From Gammaproteobacteria bacterium (lineage in GTDB: Bacteria > Pseudomonadota > Gammaproteobacteria > Pseudomonadales > Halieaceae), in NCBI GenBank assembly GCA_003646405.1, contig QNFR01000002.1, forward strand, positions 4,526 to 68,525: DNA of 64,000 nucleotides. The letters run 5' to 3'. A program made the position numbers and the translations under genes. Numbering within the stretch: the stretch's first letter is position 1; each line of letters opens with the position of its first letter. This document shows, in pieces, positions 1-8,147 of the stretch. Below the pieces are notes generated by a model that saw only the letters and a program-made list of their open reading frames with translations, made no database searches and had not been told where the DNA came from.

Positions 1-656
1 ATCTGAATGCCGAGAAACTTGCAGACGCTGTGCAACAGTGTACGCAAGCTGGCGGAGAAGCAAAATCCTACATCGCCAACGTTGCGGACGAAGAACAGGT
101 TGAAGCGCTCTTTGATGACATCGTAAGGGACTTTGGCACACTCAACGGCCTGATCAATAACGCCGGCGTCGTCCGCGACGGCATGCTGGTCAAAGTAAAA
201 GATGGTAAAATTGTCAAAAAGATGAGTCTTAGTGACTGGCAGATGGTGGTCGATGTAAACCTGACTGGCGTATTCCTATGTGGTCGCGAAGCGGCGGCCA
301 AATTTATCGAGTTGGATAGTATCGGCGTTATTATCAATATCTCATCCGTCTCCCGTGCTGGCAATATCGGCCAGAGTAACTACTCTGCCGCCAAAGCCGG
401 TGTGGCCGCCATGACGGTGAACTGGGCCAAAGAATTGGCTCGCTACGGCATTCGCAGTATGGGAATAGCTCCTGGGTTCATTGGTACCGAAATGGTCGCT
501 AATATGAAGCCGGAAGCTCTGGCCAAAACGGTGGCCCAGATTCCCCTGGGTCGCATCGGAAAACCGGAGGAGATCGCCCATACCGTAACGTTTATTTTCG
601 AAAACGATTACCTGACTGGGCGCATCATCGAAATAGATGGAGGAATCCGGATATAG
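1..656 (+). CDS. SDR-family oxidoreductase (FabG/PhaB-like), 5' end cut by window edge
   Basis: The frame is open from nt 3, upstream of the listed ATG at 30. NNAG and SNYSAAKAG (Ser..Tyr-x3-Lys) SDR motifs are present. Convergent with phaC. Confidence 0.8.
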   Translation, partial: LNAEKLADAVQQCTQAGGEAKSYIANVADEEQVEALFDDIVRDFGTLNGLINNAGVVRDGMLVKVKDGKIVKKMSLSDWQMVVDVNLTGVFLCGREAAAKFIELDSIGVIINISSVSRAGNIGQSNYSAAKAGVAAMTVNWAKELARYGIRSMGIAPGFIGTEMVANMKPEALAKTVAQIPLGRIGKPEEIAHTVTFIFENDYLTGRIIEIDGGIRI

Positions 657-684
657 CGGGTTATTGGACGCAAGCGCCAATGAA

Positions 685-2421
685 TTAACCCATAACATAT
701 TCGCCCGGAGCATCTCTCAGCACCTTGTAGCCCTTGCGGGAAGCCCCCATGGATGGCGGCTTGACTTGCACTTTACTACTGTGATCGTTCAGCCACTTGT
801 CCCAGTAGGGCCACCAGGAGCCCTGTACGGGTTCATTGTCCTCCATCCATCTGCCCGGATCGACATAGTTATCGCCCGGCTTGCGCGTATGGACGCGATA
901 GCGGCGGCGCGGATGTTCCGGCCCACTCACTACGCCGGCATTGTGCCCTCCGCTGGTCAGCAAAAAAGTTAATTCTTCGTGAGTGAAGTCGTGCACTTTA
1001 TACACCGACTTCCAGGGCGCCACATGATCGGTTTCTGTACCCAGCACAAACAGAGGCACGCGAATGTCTGATACCGCGATAGGGCGACCGTCCACCTCAA
1101 ATTTATTACGGCCAAGTTGGTTCTCCAGGTACAGTGCTGTCAGGTATTGCGAATGCATTTTGTAAGGCATGCGCGTACCGTCGGCGTTCCACGACATCAG
1201 GTCGGAGGGCTTACTTTCATTGCCAAGCAAGTAGCGGTTGACTGCACCGGCATAGATCAGGTCGCTGGCCTGCAGGGCACTGAAAGCCCCACCCATGTTT
1301 TCGATTCCGAGATAGCCCTGCTTCCACATGACTTTTTCCAGGAAAGAAATCTGGCTGGGACTGATGAAACGCAGAATATCACCCGCTTCAGAAAAGTCTA
1401 CCTGTGCCGCAAACAGGGAAATGCTACCCAGGCGATCGTCATTTTCCCTGGCCATGGCCGCCGCGGCAATCAACAACATGGTACCCCCGAGACAGTAGCC
1501 AACCGCATTGATCTTGCGCTTGGGACAAATTCCCGACACCGCGTCAATCGCCCCCATAAACCCCAGTGTACGATAATCGTCAAAACTGATATCCCGGTCC
1601 TCAGCTTTCGGGTTTCTCCAGGAAACAATAAATACGGTTTTACCCTGCTCTGTCAGGTATTTCACCATGGAGTTGCGCGGAGACAAATCGAGTATGTAAT
1701 ACTTCATTATCCAGGGCGGAAATATCAGGACAGGCTCTGCATTTACCTTGGCGTTCACCGGCTTATATTGAATTAGCTCGATCAGTTCGTTCTGAAAGAT
1801 AACTTTACCGGGGGTAATGCCAAGATTCTCACCCACCTTGAATTCTCTATTTTCCGCCAATCCCTTGTTAGCAACATCGTTAAACTGATCTTTGAGGAAA
1901 AGCTTTAGCCCACGAAAGAGATTTTTACCCTTTTCCTGTCGGGTTGCTTGTAGCACCTCTGGATTGGTTAAAGGAAAGTTGGCGGGGGACAACAGATCGA
2001 GAATATGCTCCGCTACAGCATGCACAACGATCTCGTGATCCTCTCTCACCCCATCCACGCCAAGTATCGCTTCCTCCCACCAGTCTTTGCTTGTCTGGTG
2101 CGCCTGGGCCAGCACCTTGAAGGGCCATTTCTGCCAGGCCTCACCGGACATGCGGCGCTCAGTTGTCGAGGCCGGCCCTTCGGCGTCTTTATTCAGCAAA
2201 GAGGCAATACCAAAGACGCCCAGCGCCCGGAGTTTGTTTATCAGGCTCTGAGCCAACAGCAAACGTCTGCCGGGAGATATACTCAAATGAGATGCCCAAT
2301 CCATATAGGCGAGCCCCAGGTCCAGGGGTGACATGCCCTTACTGGCCTTGGCCAAAGCCGCCCGGAAATTCTGGTCAAGCGATTCAGCGCCAGACTCGCT
2401 CAGTAGTTCAATATTTTTCAT
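685..2421 (-). CDS. phaC: class I poly(3-hydroxyalkanoate) synthase
   Basis: 578-aa ORF. Alpha/beta-hydrolase with the PhaC lipase-box variant GYCLGG (Cys nucleophile). Size is typical of class I PhaC. Confidence 0.85.
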   Translation of the reverse strand: MKNIELLSESGAESLDQNFRAALAKASKGMSPLDLGLAYMDWASHLSISPGRRLLLAQSLINKLRALGVFGIASLLNKDAEGPASTTERRMSGEAWQKWPFKVLAQAHQTSKDWWEEAILGVDGVREDHEIVVHAVAEHILDLLSPANFPLTNPEVLQATRQEKGKNLFRGLKLFLKDQFNDVANKGLAENREFKVGENLGITPGKVIFQNELIELIQYKPVNAKVNAEPVLIFPPWIMKYYILDLSPRNSMVKYLTEQGKTVFIVSWRNPKAEDRDISFDDYRTLGFMGAIDAVSGICPKRKINAVGYCLGGTMLLIAAAAMARENDDRLGSISLFAAQVDFSEAGDILRFISPSQISFLEKVMWKQGYLGIENMGGAFSALQASDLIYAGAVNRYLLGNESKPSDLMSWNADGTRMPYKMHSQYLTALYLENQLGRNKFEVDGRPIAVSDIRVPLFVLGTETDHVAPWKSVYKVHDFTHEELTFLLTSGGHNAGVVSGPEHPRRRYRVHTRKPGDNYVDPGRWMEDNEPVQGSWWPYWDKWLNDHSSKVQVKPPSMGASRKGYKVLRDAPGEYVMG

Positions 2422-2436
2422 GGTTTCCCTCTAAGT

Positions 2437-2868
2437 TTAATATTTCGAAAGACGTAATTCACGAAGATGATCTCGCAGGTAGTCGACTCGATCGGCGCCC
2501 CAGAAAATCTCCTCACCCACAGTGAAAGTTGGCACACCTATAATCCCCAGGGAGTCCGCCTCCAGGCGGAATTCTGCAAGCTGTTGCAGGCGCTCTGGCG
2601 CCTCCAGCGTTGCCGCTAATTCCGCCCTGTCCAGACCTACGGATGCACCCACATCCAATATGACCGACTCGTCGCCAATATCCTGGCGCACCAGTGGAAT
2701 TTTCACCTTGGCCCGCTCCGGCGGTGAACGCCCATCCCGGCCCCCCAGTGGCCGCCACACCAGGTTGACATCAAACTCGTCAAAAATACCGGGCAGTAAC
2801 TTGGACACGATGTAACAATAGGGACTGCGGAAATTAAAAAATAATTTTACATCCGTAGTGCTGCTCAT
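2437..2868 (-). CDS. DsbA-like 2-hydroxychromene-2-carboxylate isomerase family protein, unusually short (143 aa)
   Basis: Has the N-terminal FNFRSPYCY thioredoxin-fold motif and the C-terminal GVPTFTVGEEIFWGADR motif of this family. The helical insert between them seems largely absent, about 55-60 aa shorter than family members as I recall them. Confidence 0.6.
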   Translation of the reverse strand: MSSTTDVKLFFNFRSPYCYIVSKLLPGIFDEFDVNLVWRPLGGRDGRSPPERAKVKIPLVRQDIGDESVILDVGASVGLDRAELAATLEAPERLQQLAEFRLEADSLGIIGVPTFTVGEEIFWGADRVDYLRDHLRELRLSKY

Positions 2869-3065
2869 ATGCGATTATACTGATCCTTTTAATTTGCGAT
2901 AGTGCTAGTGTACTCTATAAAACGTATATTCAGGACACTGCACCAGAGATTGAGACGACATACGCCTACCCCCCTCTCTCGGGAGTGACGCACCACGAAT
3001 CGCGTGGCTCCCATCGTGTTGCACCGACATTGATGATGACTCTTTAGTTTTGTGCCGAGACAATT

Positions 3066-3830
3066 TTAGACAAACTTCATCGAAACGTCGCCCATGTCCT
3101 GGTAGCGCACAACGATAGAGTCGCCTGCCTCAACCAGTACCGCAGCGGTGAGCCCTCCAGTCATAATAAAAGTGCCCGCAGGGATTATCTCATCGCGCTC
3201 AGACAGCATTGAGGCCAGCATTGCGACACTGGCTGCCGGGTGGTCCAGAACCGCAGCACCTGCACCCAATTCGACTATTTTGCCATTATTGGTCATAACC
3301 ACGCCGCGAGTACTCCAATCGAACTCGTCTGGCTTCGCCGGTCGTCCACCAACGACGAAGCGTAACGGAAGACGAATTATCCGCCTGCACACTGGTGAGG
3401 TCAAACTTGAAGCTCTTGTAACGCGAGTCAATGATTTCCACCGCGGGAACGATCAGTTCTGTCGCATCCAACACTTCCTCCACCGTGACACTATCGCCGC
3501 GCGGAATATCAATATGGCTTGCCAGCGAGCGGGGTTTACCGGTATCCAGGCATTCCGCCTCCAGAAACTCATCGAATCGCTCATTAATCCGGTCTGCTAC
3601 CTTGTTCAGCAACACGATGCGTTCATCGACGGTCATCGCTCCCCAGGGGCCTTTCATAGCCTCACCGGCCACCCGTACCGCCGCATCAACTTCCGCTGCT
3701 CGCCTCGTGCACCCGGGCAATAATGGCGTTGTCCACGGGTGTGCGGACGTCAAAGGTTTTTCCGGAGTCACCCGTGGTGAACTCGCCATTGATAAAGTTA
3801 AGGATATTTGCAATAGCCAAAATAGTCTCT
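3066..3830 (-). pseudogene. chimeric remnant: N-terminal ~110 codons of 2-hydroxymuconic-semialdehyde dehydrogenase (dmpC-like) joined to C-terminal ~140 codons of 2-oxopent-4-enoate hydratase/4-oxalocrotonate decarboxylase family (dmpE/dmpH-like)
   Basis: The minus strand reads ..NFINGEFTTGDSGKTFDVRTPVDNAIIARVHEA, then shifts frame near 3700. It continues RAAEVDAAV..GPWGAMTVDER..RFDEFLEAECLDTGKPRSLASHIDIPRG, an ALDH N-terminus. At ~3495 this joins directly to VTVEEVLDATELIVPAVEIIDSR..ADNSS. A second frame shift lies near 3370, followed by ..NGKIVELGAGAAVLDHPAASVAMLA..GGLTAAV..VSMKFV, a hydratase C-terminus. Confidence 0.75.
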
Positions 3831-3865
3831 CCCGTTGAAGGTTTGCATCGTGGCCTGCACCCAGA

Positions 3866-5122
3866 CTAGGGCGGCATATTTGCCTCAACCGTATCCACCA
3901 GCGATTTCATTGTCAGTTTTGACTCTTTAGTTTTTTCCGATTTATCCAGGGTGACTTGCATGTCTTTAAATATGGCTATTTCTTGCGCGGAATAACCCGC
4001 TGCCGCCAGTATATCCGTGTTATTTTCGCCGTACTGGGGCGGACGGAACTGTATACCGCCAGGCGTTCTCGATAGCTTGATAGGGATGCCCGTGCCACGA
4101 TAACCCTCTGACTCCACAACCATTTGTCGCGCGATGGTCTGGGGGTGCTGTAGGGCGTCTTGCACCGTTGTGACCACCCCTACGGGAACCCCTTTCTCTA
4201 ATAGAGTTTGGGTTAGTGTGGCACCATCAAGCGTGATCAGGATGTCTTCCAGTATTTTACGCAAAGCCGCTTTGTTGCGCGCGCGGTGGGCATTGGTGGT
4301 GAATCTCGGGTCATCCGCGAGCTCCGCGCAGCCGAGTTCCCTGCACAAAAGGGCAAACTGCCTGTCGTTACCAATGGCCAAAAACAGGTGGCCGGTGGCG
4401 GTTGGCACAAGGTCGTAGGGTGTGATATTGGGGTGGGCGCTACCAGTGCGATTTTGTGGCGTGCCATCGAGGAACCAGTTCGCGGCATGTGGGTGTATCA
4501 AGCTGATGGCGGTATCGTACAGGCTCAGCTCCAGCGACTGTCCCAGCCCTGAGCTATTGCGCTCATACAATGCCAGTAAAATAGCGATTACCGCATTCAT
4601 GCCGGTGGTCAAATCCACAATCGGCACACCGATACGAACCGGTGGCCGATCGGGATCACCATTAATGCTCAGCAATCCCGAGGTAGCCTGGGCAACGGCG
4701 TCGTAACCGGGGTAACCGGCATAGGGGCCTGTGCTGCCAAAGCCTGTTATGCGGCAGTGAATTAACCGGGGAAATTTTTTTTGAAGTACGTCCTGAAAAC
4801 CAATACCCCACTTTTCCAGGGTGCCAATTTTAAAGTTTTCGACCAGGACGTCGGCATCTTCAAGCAAGCGAAATAGAATCCCGTGGGCTTCTTTCTTGCG
4901 AAGATCCAGTGCGATACCTTTTTTATTGCGGTTTACGCCATCAAAATAGGCGCTGCCACGCTCGTGGAAGGGGGGGCCCCAACCGCGGGTCTCATCACCC
5001 TGCGGAGGCTCCACTTTTATGATCCGAGCTCCGTGATCCCCCAAGATTTGCGTGCAGTACGGCCCGCTCAACACCCTTGAGAGATCAATAACCTTGATGC
5101 CAGTAAGCGACGGCCCACTCAT
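3866..5122 (-). CDS. family III CoA-transferase (CaiB/BaiF/Frc family)
   Basis: 418-aa intact ORF with the N-terminal motif GIKVIDLSRVLSGPYCTQILGDHGARIIKVEPP typical of this family. Confidence 0.85.
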   Translation of the reverse strand: MSGPSLTGIKVIDLSRVLSGPYCTQILGDHGARIIKVEPPQGDETRGWGPPFHERGSAYFDGVNRNKKGIALDLRKKEAHGILFRLLEDADVLVENFKIGTLEKWGIGFQDVLQKKFPRLIHCRITGFGSTGPYAGYPGYDAVAQATSGLLSINGDPDRPPVRIGVPIVDLTTGMNAVIAILLALYERNSSGLGQSLELSLYDTAISLIHPHAANWFLDGTPQNRTGSAHPNITPYDLVPTATGHLFLAIGNDRQFALLCRELGCAELADDPRFTTNAHRARNKAALRKILEDILITLDGATLTQTLLEKGVPVGVVTTVQDALQHPQTIARQMVVESEGYRGTGIPIKLSRTPGGIQFRPPQYGENNTDILAAAGYSAQEIAIFKDMQVTLDKSEKTKESKLTMKSLVDTVEANMPP

Positions 5123-5447
5123 TTACGGCGCGTCCCGTTCGTAGATGTCGTGTTGAAAGAAAATTCGGCGGTCCATCCGGTCATTGTCAATATCCATTTA
5201 GTAGTTGAATTCTTGGTTTCTTTATCAAGTCTATGCTCATCATCATCCCTCACCGCGTGTAAGCAAATAGCCTGTACGGTGCAGCCGCAATGCCATGACC
5301 TTCACACATTCTGTCATGCCAGATGGCGGAGGCGCAACCCGTTTGTCTGTGGATGTTAGTAACACAGGCGACCTTAGGCGTAGCCAGTGAAAAAAAGTTG
5401 ATGATATAGTGAATTTCGAGGGCAAAATAATGATGCCACGTACCTGA

Positions 5448-5900
5448 TTGGTAACGATAGGGAAGAACTCGCTTATGCTAATGGCGCTTACAGACCACCC
5501 AAATCTATCCCTCCATGTACATTTCAATCCGGCGCAGGGAAAAGTCTGGCTCGATGAGCAACGGGGAATCCTCCAGACACTCCCTGCTATCATCACTGTA
5601 TGGAATGAAATTGTTAATACACTGGGTATCGAACGATCCCGGGCACTGTTCATGCTCGCAGGCTATAAAAATGGTCAGGGCCAGGGTGATAGTGAATATC
5701 GCGTCATAGGAAAATCCCTGACAGATCGGGACAATGCGGAAGACTACAATATTTTCTCCAACTCGGATTCTTTAATCGAAACACTCTATGACTTGCAAGC
5801 TAGAGTTACCAACAGCTATTCCCGTGAAGAGAAACGTGAACAGCGTATATTTTCTACGATTGTAGGCGACACAAGGTGCCCTGTGTTTGTGCCAAAAAAC
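5448..5900 (+). pseudogene. dmpR: remnant of a DmpR/XylR-type sigma-54 enhancer-binding activator (N-terminal effector-sensing domain fragment only)
   Basis: HFNPAQGKVWLDEQRGILQTLPAIITVWNEIVNTLGIERSRALFMLAGYKNG matches the XylR/DmpR N-terminal region (F..EGKIWLGEQR....EI...LG.ER......GY.SG). A possible B-linker trace is LYDLQARVTN. No AAA+ (GETGVGKE, GAFTGA) or HTH region follows. Confidence 0.55.
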
Positions 5901-5926
5901 CAAAAATCAATCAAACAATTCCCTTA

Positions 5927-5942
5927 TGGCATGGATATTGCT
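5927..5942 (+). promoter_or_regulatory. sigma-54 (-24/-12) type promoter, Po-like, upstream of dmpK
   Basis: TGGCATGGATATTGCT has GG-N10-GC spacing. One mismatch to TGGCAC at -24 and TTGCT at -12. It ends 17 nt before the dmpK ATG. Confidence 0.5.
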
Positions 5943-5958
5943 ATATCTATAGCCTGCA

Positions 5959-6231
5959 ATGTCTTATTCACAAAAAAATATTGCCGGAATAAAAGGGCAG
6001 CGTTATGTCCGTGTAACCAAAGTGTTACACGACAAGTACGTGGAATTTGAGTTTGCGATCGGCGACCCCACGATCAATGTCGAACTGGTGTTGCCCTTCG
6101 AGCACTTCAGGAAATTCTGCGAGGACAATAACGTACAGCACCTGACTGCCGAGCAAGAAGCGGCCGTTGATTACGACAAATTGAAATGGCGATTTAGTGT
6201 ATCGGGTTGCGGTGAGAATAACGCCAACTAA
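5959..6231 (+). CDS. dmpK: phenol hydroxylase assembly subunit P0 (DmpK family), apparently intact
   Basis: 90-aa ORF. YVRVT..KYVEFEFAIGDP..VELVLPFEHFRKFC follows the DmpK-family pattern. Occupies the first position of the cluster. Confidence 0.7.
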   Translation: MSYSQKNIAGIKGQRYVRVTKVLHDKYVEFEFAIGDPTINVELVLPFEHFRKFCEDNNVQHLTAEQEAAVDYDKLKWRFSVSGCGENNAN

Positions 6232-6238
6232 CAGGCTG

Positions 6239-6266
6239 CTAGTGTACTGCGGCGGATAAAGTGCAC
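6239..6266. repeat. 28-nt repeat copy A (CTAGTGTACTGCGGCGGATAAAGTGCAC)
   Basis: 27/28 identical to 36506-36533. Contains the imperfect inverted half-sites AGTGTACT / AGTGCACT separated by 11 nt. Lies between dmpK and dmpL. Confidence 0.8.
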
Positions 6267-6290
6267 TAACATCCCCTTGCAGGAAAAGAT

Positions 6291-7289
6291 ATGAGTATCG
6301 AAATTTCAGCGAAGGCAATCACACCCATCCGTCTGTCCTATGGCAATCTGGTGGAGCGCTTTGGCGACAAGAGGCCGGCCTCGCGTTATCAAGAGGCCAC
6401 ATATGATGTGCAACCCACCGCGAATTTCCAGTATCGGCCGTTGTGGGACAAAAATTATGAGATTTACGATACCAGCCGGACCGCTATCGTCATGGAGGAC
6501 TAGTACAGCTTTGCCGATCCACGCCAGTTTTATTACGGTACTTACACCATCACTCGCGCTAAACAGCAGGAAGTCGCCGAGCATAATTACGCCTTTGTCG
6601 ACAAGCGCGACCTGCTGGACGATTTATCCGATGAGGTCAAGCAGGCTGTCCGCGATATTCTCGTTCCCCTGCGCCACGTCGAGTGGGCTGCGAACATGAA
6701 CAACTGCCAGATTGATTGCATGGGCTATGGCACCACAATTTGCTCGGTGGCCATGTTCAATGCCATAGATCGGTTGGGTATGGCCCAATATATTTCCCGT
6801 ATCGGCCTGCTTATCGATGGCAACGAAACCACCACGCTGTACGCGGTGAAAATAGACTGGATGGAAGCACCACGATGGCAAGGCCTGCGTCACGCCATAG
6901 AAGATATGCTTGTACTGGAAGACTGGTTCGAATTGATGGTTGCGCAGAATTTCGTGCTGGACGGACTGATTTTCCCCTTGCTCTGGGACCGTTTTGAAAG
7001 AAAGCTGTCGAAAGAGGGCGGAGCCACAATAGCCATGCTGACAGAATTTATGTCCGAGTGGTACAGCGAGACCATTCATTGGACGAATGCATTGGCCAAG
7101 GTCACTGCACAGGAATCCGAGGCAAACCGGCAATTGCTGACGGGCTGGCTGGACAAATGGGCAAGCAGATTGTCTGAGGCTCTGGAGCCCGTTGCGACCA
7201 AGGCCTTTGGCGCAGAAGGCGCGGCGGAGTTGGCAGAAGTCAAAGAAGAACTGCTTGCCCGCTTTGGCAAGCAGGGTTTAACTGTTTAG
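6291..7289 (+). pseudogene. dmpL: phenol hydroxylase P1 subunit (DmpL-like) with one in-frame TAG
   Basis: A single frame runs 6291-7289, broken only by TAG at 6501-6503 (..AIVMED*YSFADPRQFYYG..), where homologs have Trp. Similarity to DmpL spans the full length (LRHVEWAANMNN, DRLGMAQYISRIGLL, MLTEFM..WY). Confidence 0.8.
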
Positions 7290-7302
7290 CCGGGAGATAA
7301 AC

Positions 7303-7533
7303 ATGACAGGCAAAAAAAACACCCCGTCTCTAATTTTTCAGGACAATCCAGGGGTCAATATCCAGTATCAATCCGGCATGGTGCGGCTCGAGCGCGCCGG
7401 TAGCCTTACTGTAAAGCGTGAGACAGTCGAGGAGAACCTGGGTCGCGAATGGGATGTACAGGAAATGCACCTGGTACTTATATCGCTGGCGGGAAACATT
7501 GATAAAGATGATGACAAGTTCGAACTGAGTTGA
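7303..7533 (+). CDS. dmpM: phenol hydroxylase regulatory component P2 (MmoB/DmpM family), short form
   Basis: 76-aa ORF with the RETVEENLGREWDVQEM and DKDDDKF motifs. The N-terminal part looks ~13 aa shorter than the CF600 protein as I recall it (unverified). Confidence 0.6.
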   Translation: MTGKKNTPSLIFQDNPGVNIQYQSGMVRLERAGSLTVKRETVEENLGREWDVQEMHLVLISLAGNIDKDDDKFELS

Positions 7534-7571
7534 GGTTAACACTTGACAAGCGGATCGATGAGGGTATCGGA

Positions 7572-8095
7572 ATGGCGGCCAAAAAATTAAATTTACGTAA
7601 ACGATATGAACTGCTAACCCGGGGCGTGGGCTGGGAAACAACTTACCAGAAAATGGATGACGTTTTCCCCTATGACACGCTCGAAGGCTTCAAGATTACC
7701 GACTGGGACAAGTGGGAAGATCCGTTCCGCCTGACCATGGATACCTACTGGAAATTCCAGGCGGAGAAAGAAAAAAATCTGTACGCGATTATTGACAGTT
7801 TTTGCAAAATAATGGCCAGACCAACCTGGCGGACGCCAGCTACCTGAGTGCGATAAAACTGTTCCTTACCGGCGTTACACCACTCGAGTATGGCGCGCAT
7901 AAGGGGTTTGCCTACCTGGGCCGTCATTTCAGGGGAGAAGGCGCGAGGGTCGCCTGCCAGATGCAGGCGATCGATGAACTGCGTCATGCCCAAACACAAA
8001 TACACACTATCAGCCATTACAACAAACACTTTAACGGGCTGCATGACCCCTTCTACCAGTTTGACCGGGTCTGGTATCTGTCCGTACCAAAATCA
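7572..8095 (+). pseudogene. dmpN: phenol hydroxylase large oxygenase subunit P3 (DmpN-like), frameshifted and 3'-truncated
   Basis: ATG 7572 follows GAGGG. Reads KKLNL..ITDWDKWEDPFRLTMDTYWKFQAEKEK, then changes frame in the TTTTGCAAAA run (7800-7809). Continues QNNGQ..LEY..ARVACQMQAIDELRH (diiron ligand motif)..DRVWYLSVPKS and then loses homology, at about residue 230 of a ~515-aa protein. Confidence 0.8.
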
Positions 8096-8147
8096 TTAAT
8101 TCGGTTCAAGACTCCGGGGCTCAATGGCGTCAAGGCACAAGGATGTA

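Noticed and set aside
1-656. Calling the SDR next to phaC the acetoacetyl-CoA reductase PhaB.
   Set aside because: The sequence is a generic FabG-like SDR and is convergent rather than co-transcribed with phaC. There is not enough evidence for the specific assignment.
6239-6266. The 28-nt repeat as a CRISPR repeat. Its length and the GATAAA-like core are reminiscent of type I repeats.
   Set aside because: There are only isolated copies 30 kb apart, with no regular repeat-spacer spacing, no internal stem typical of type I-E/I-F repeats, and no cas genes in the window.
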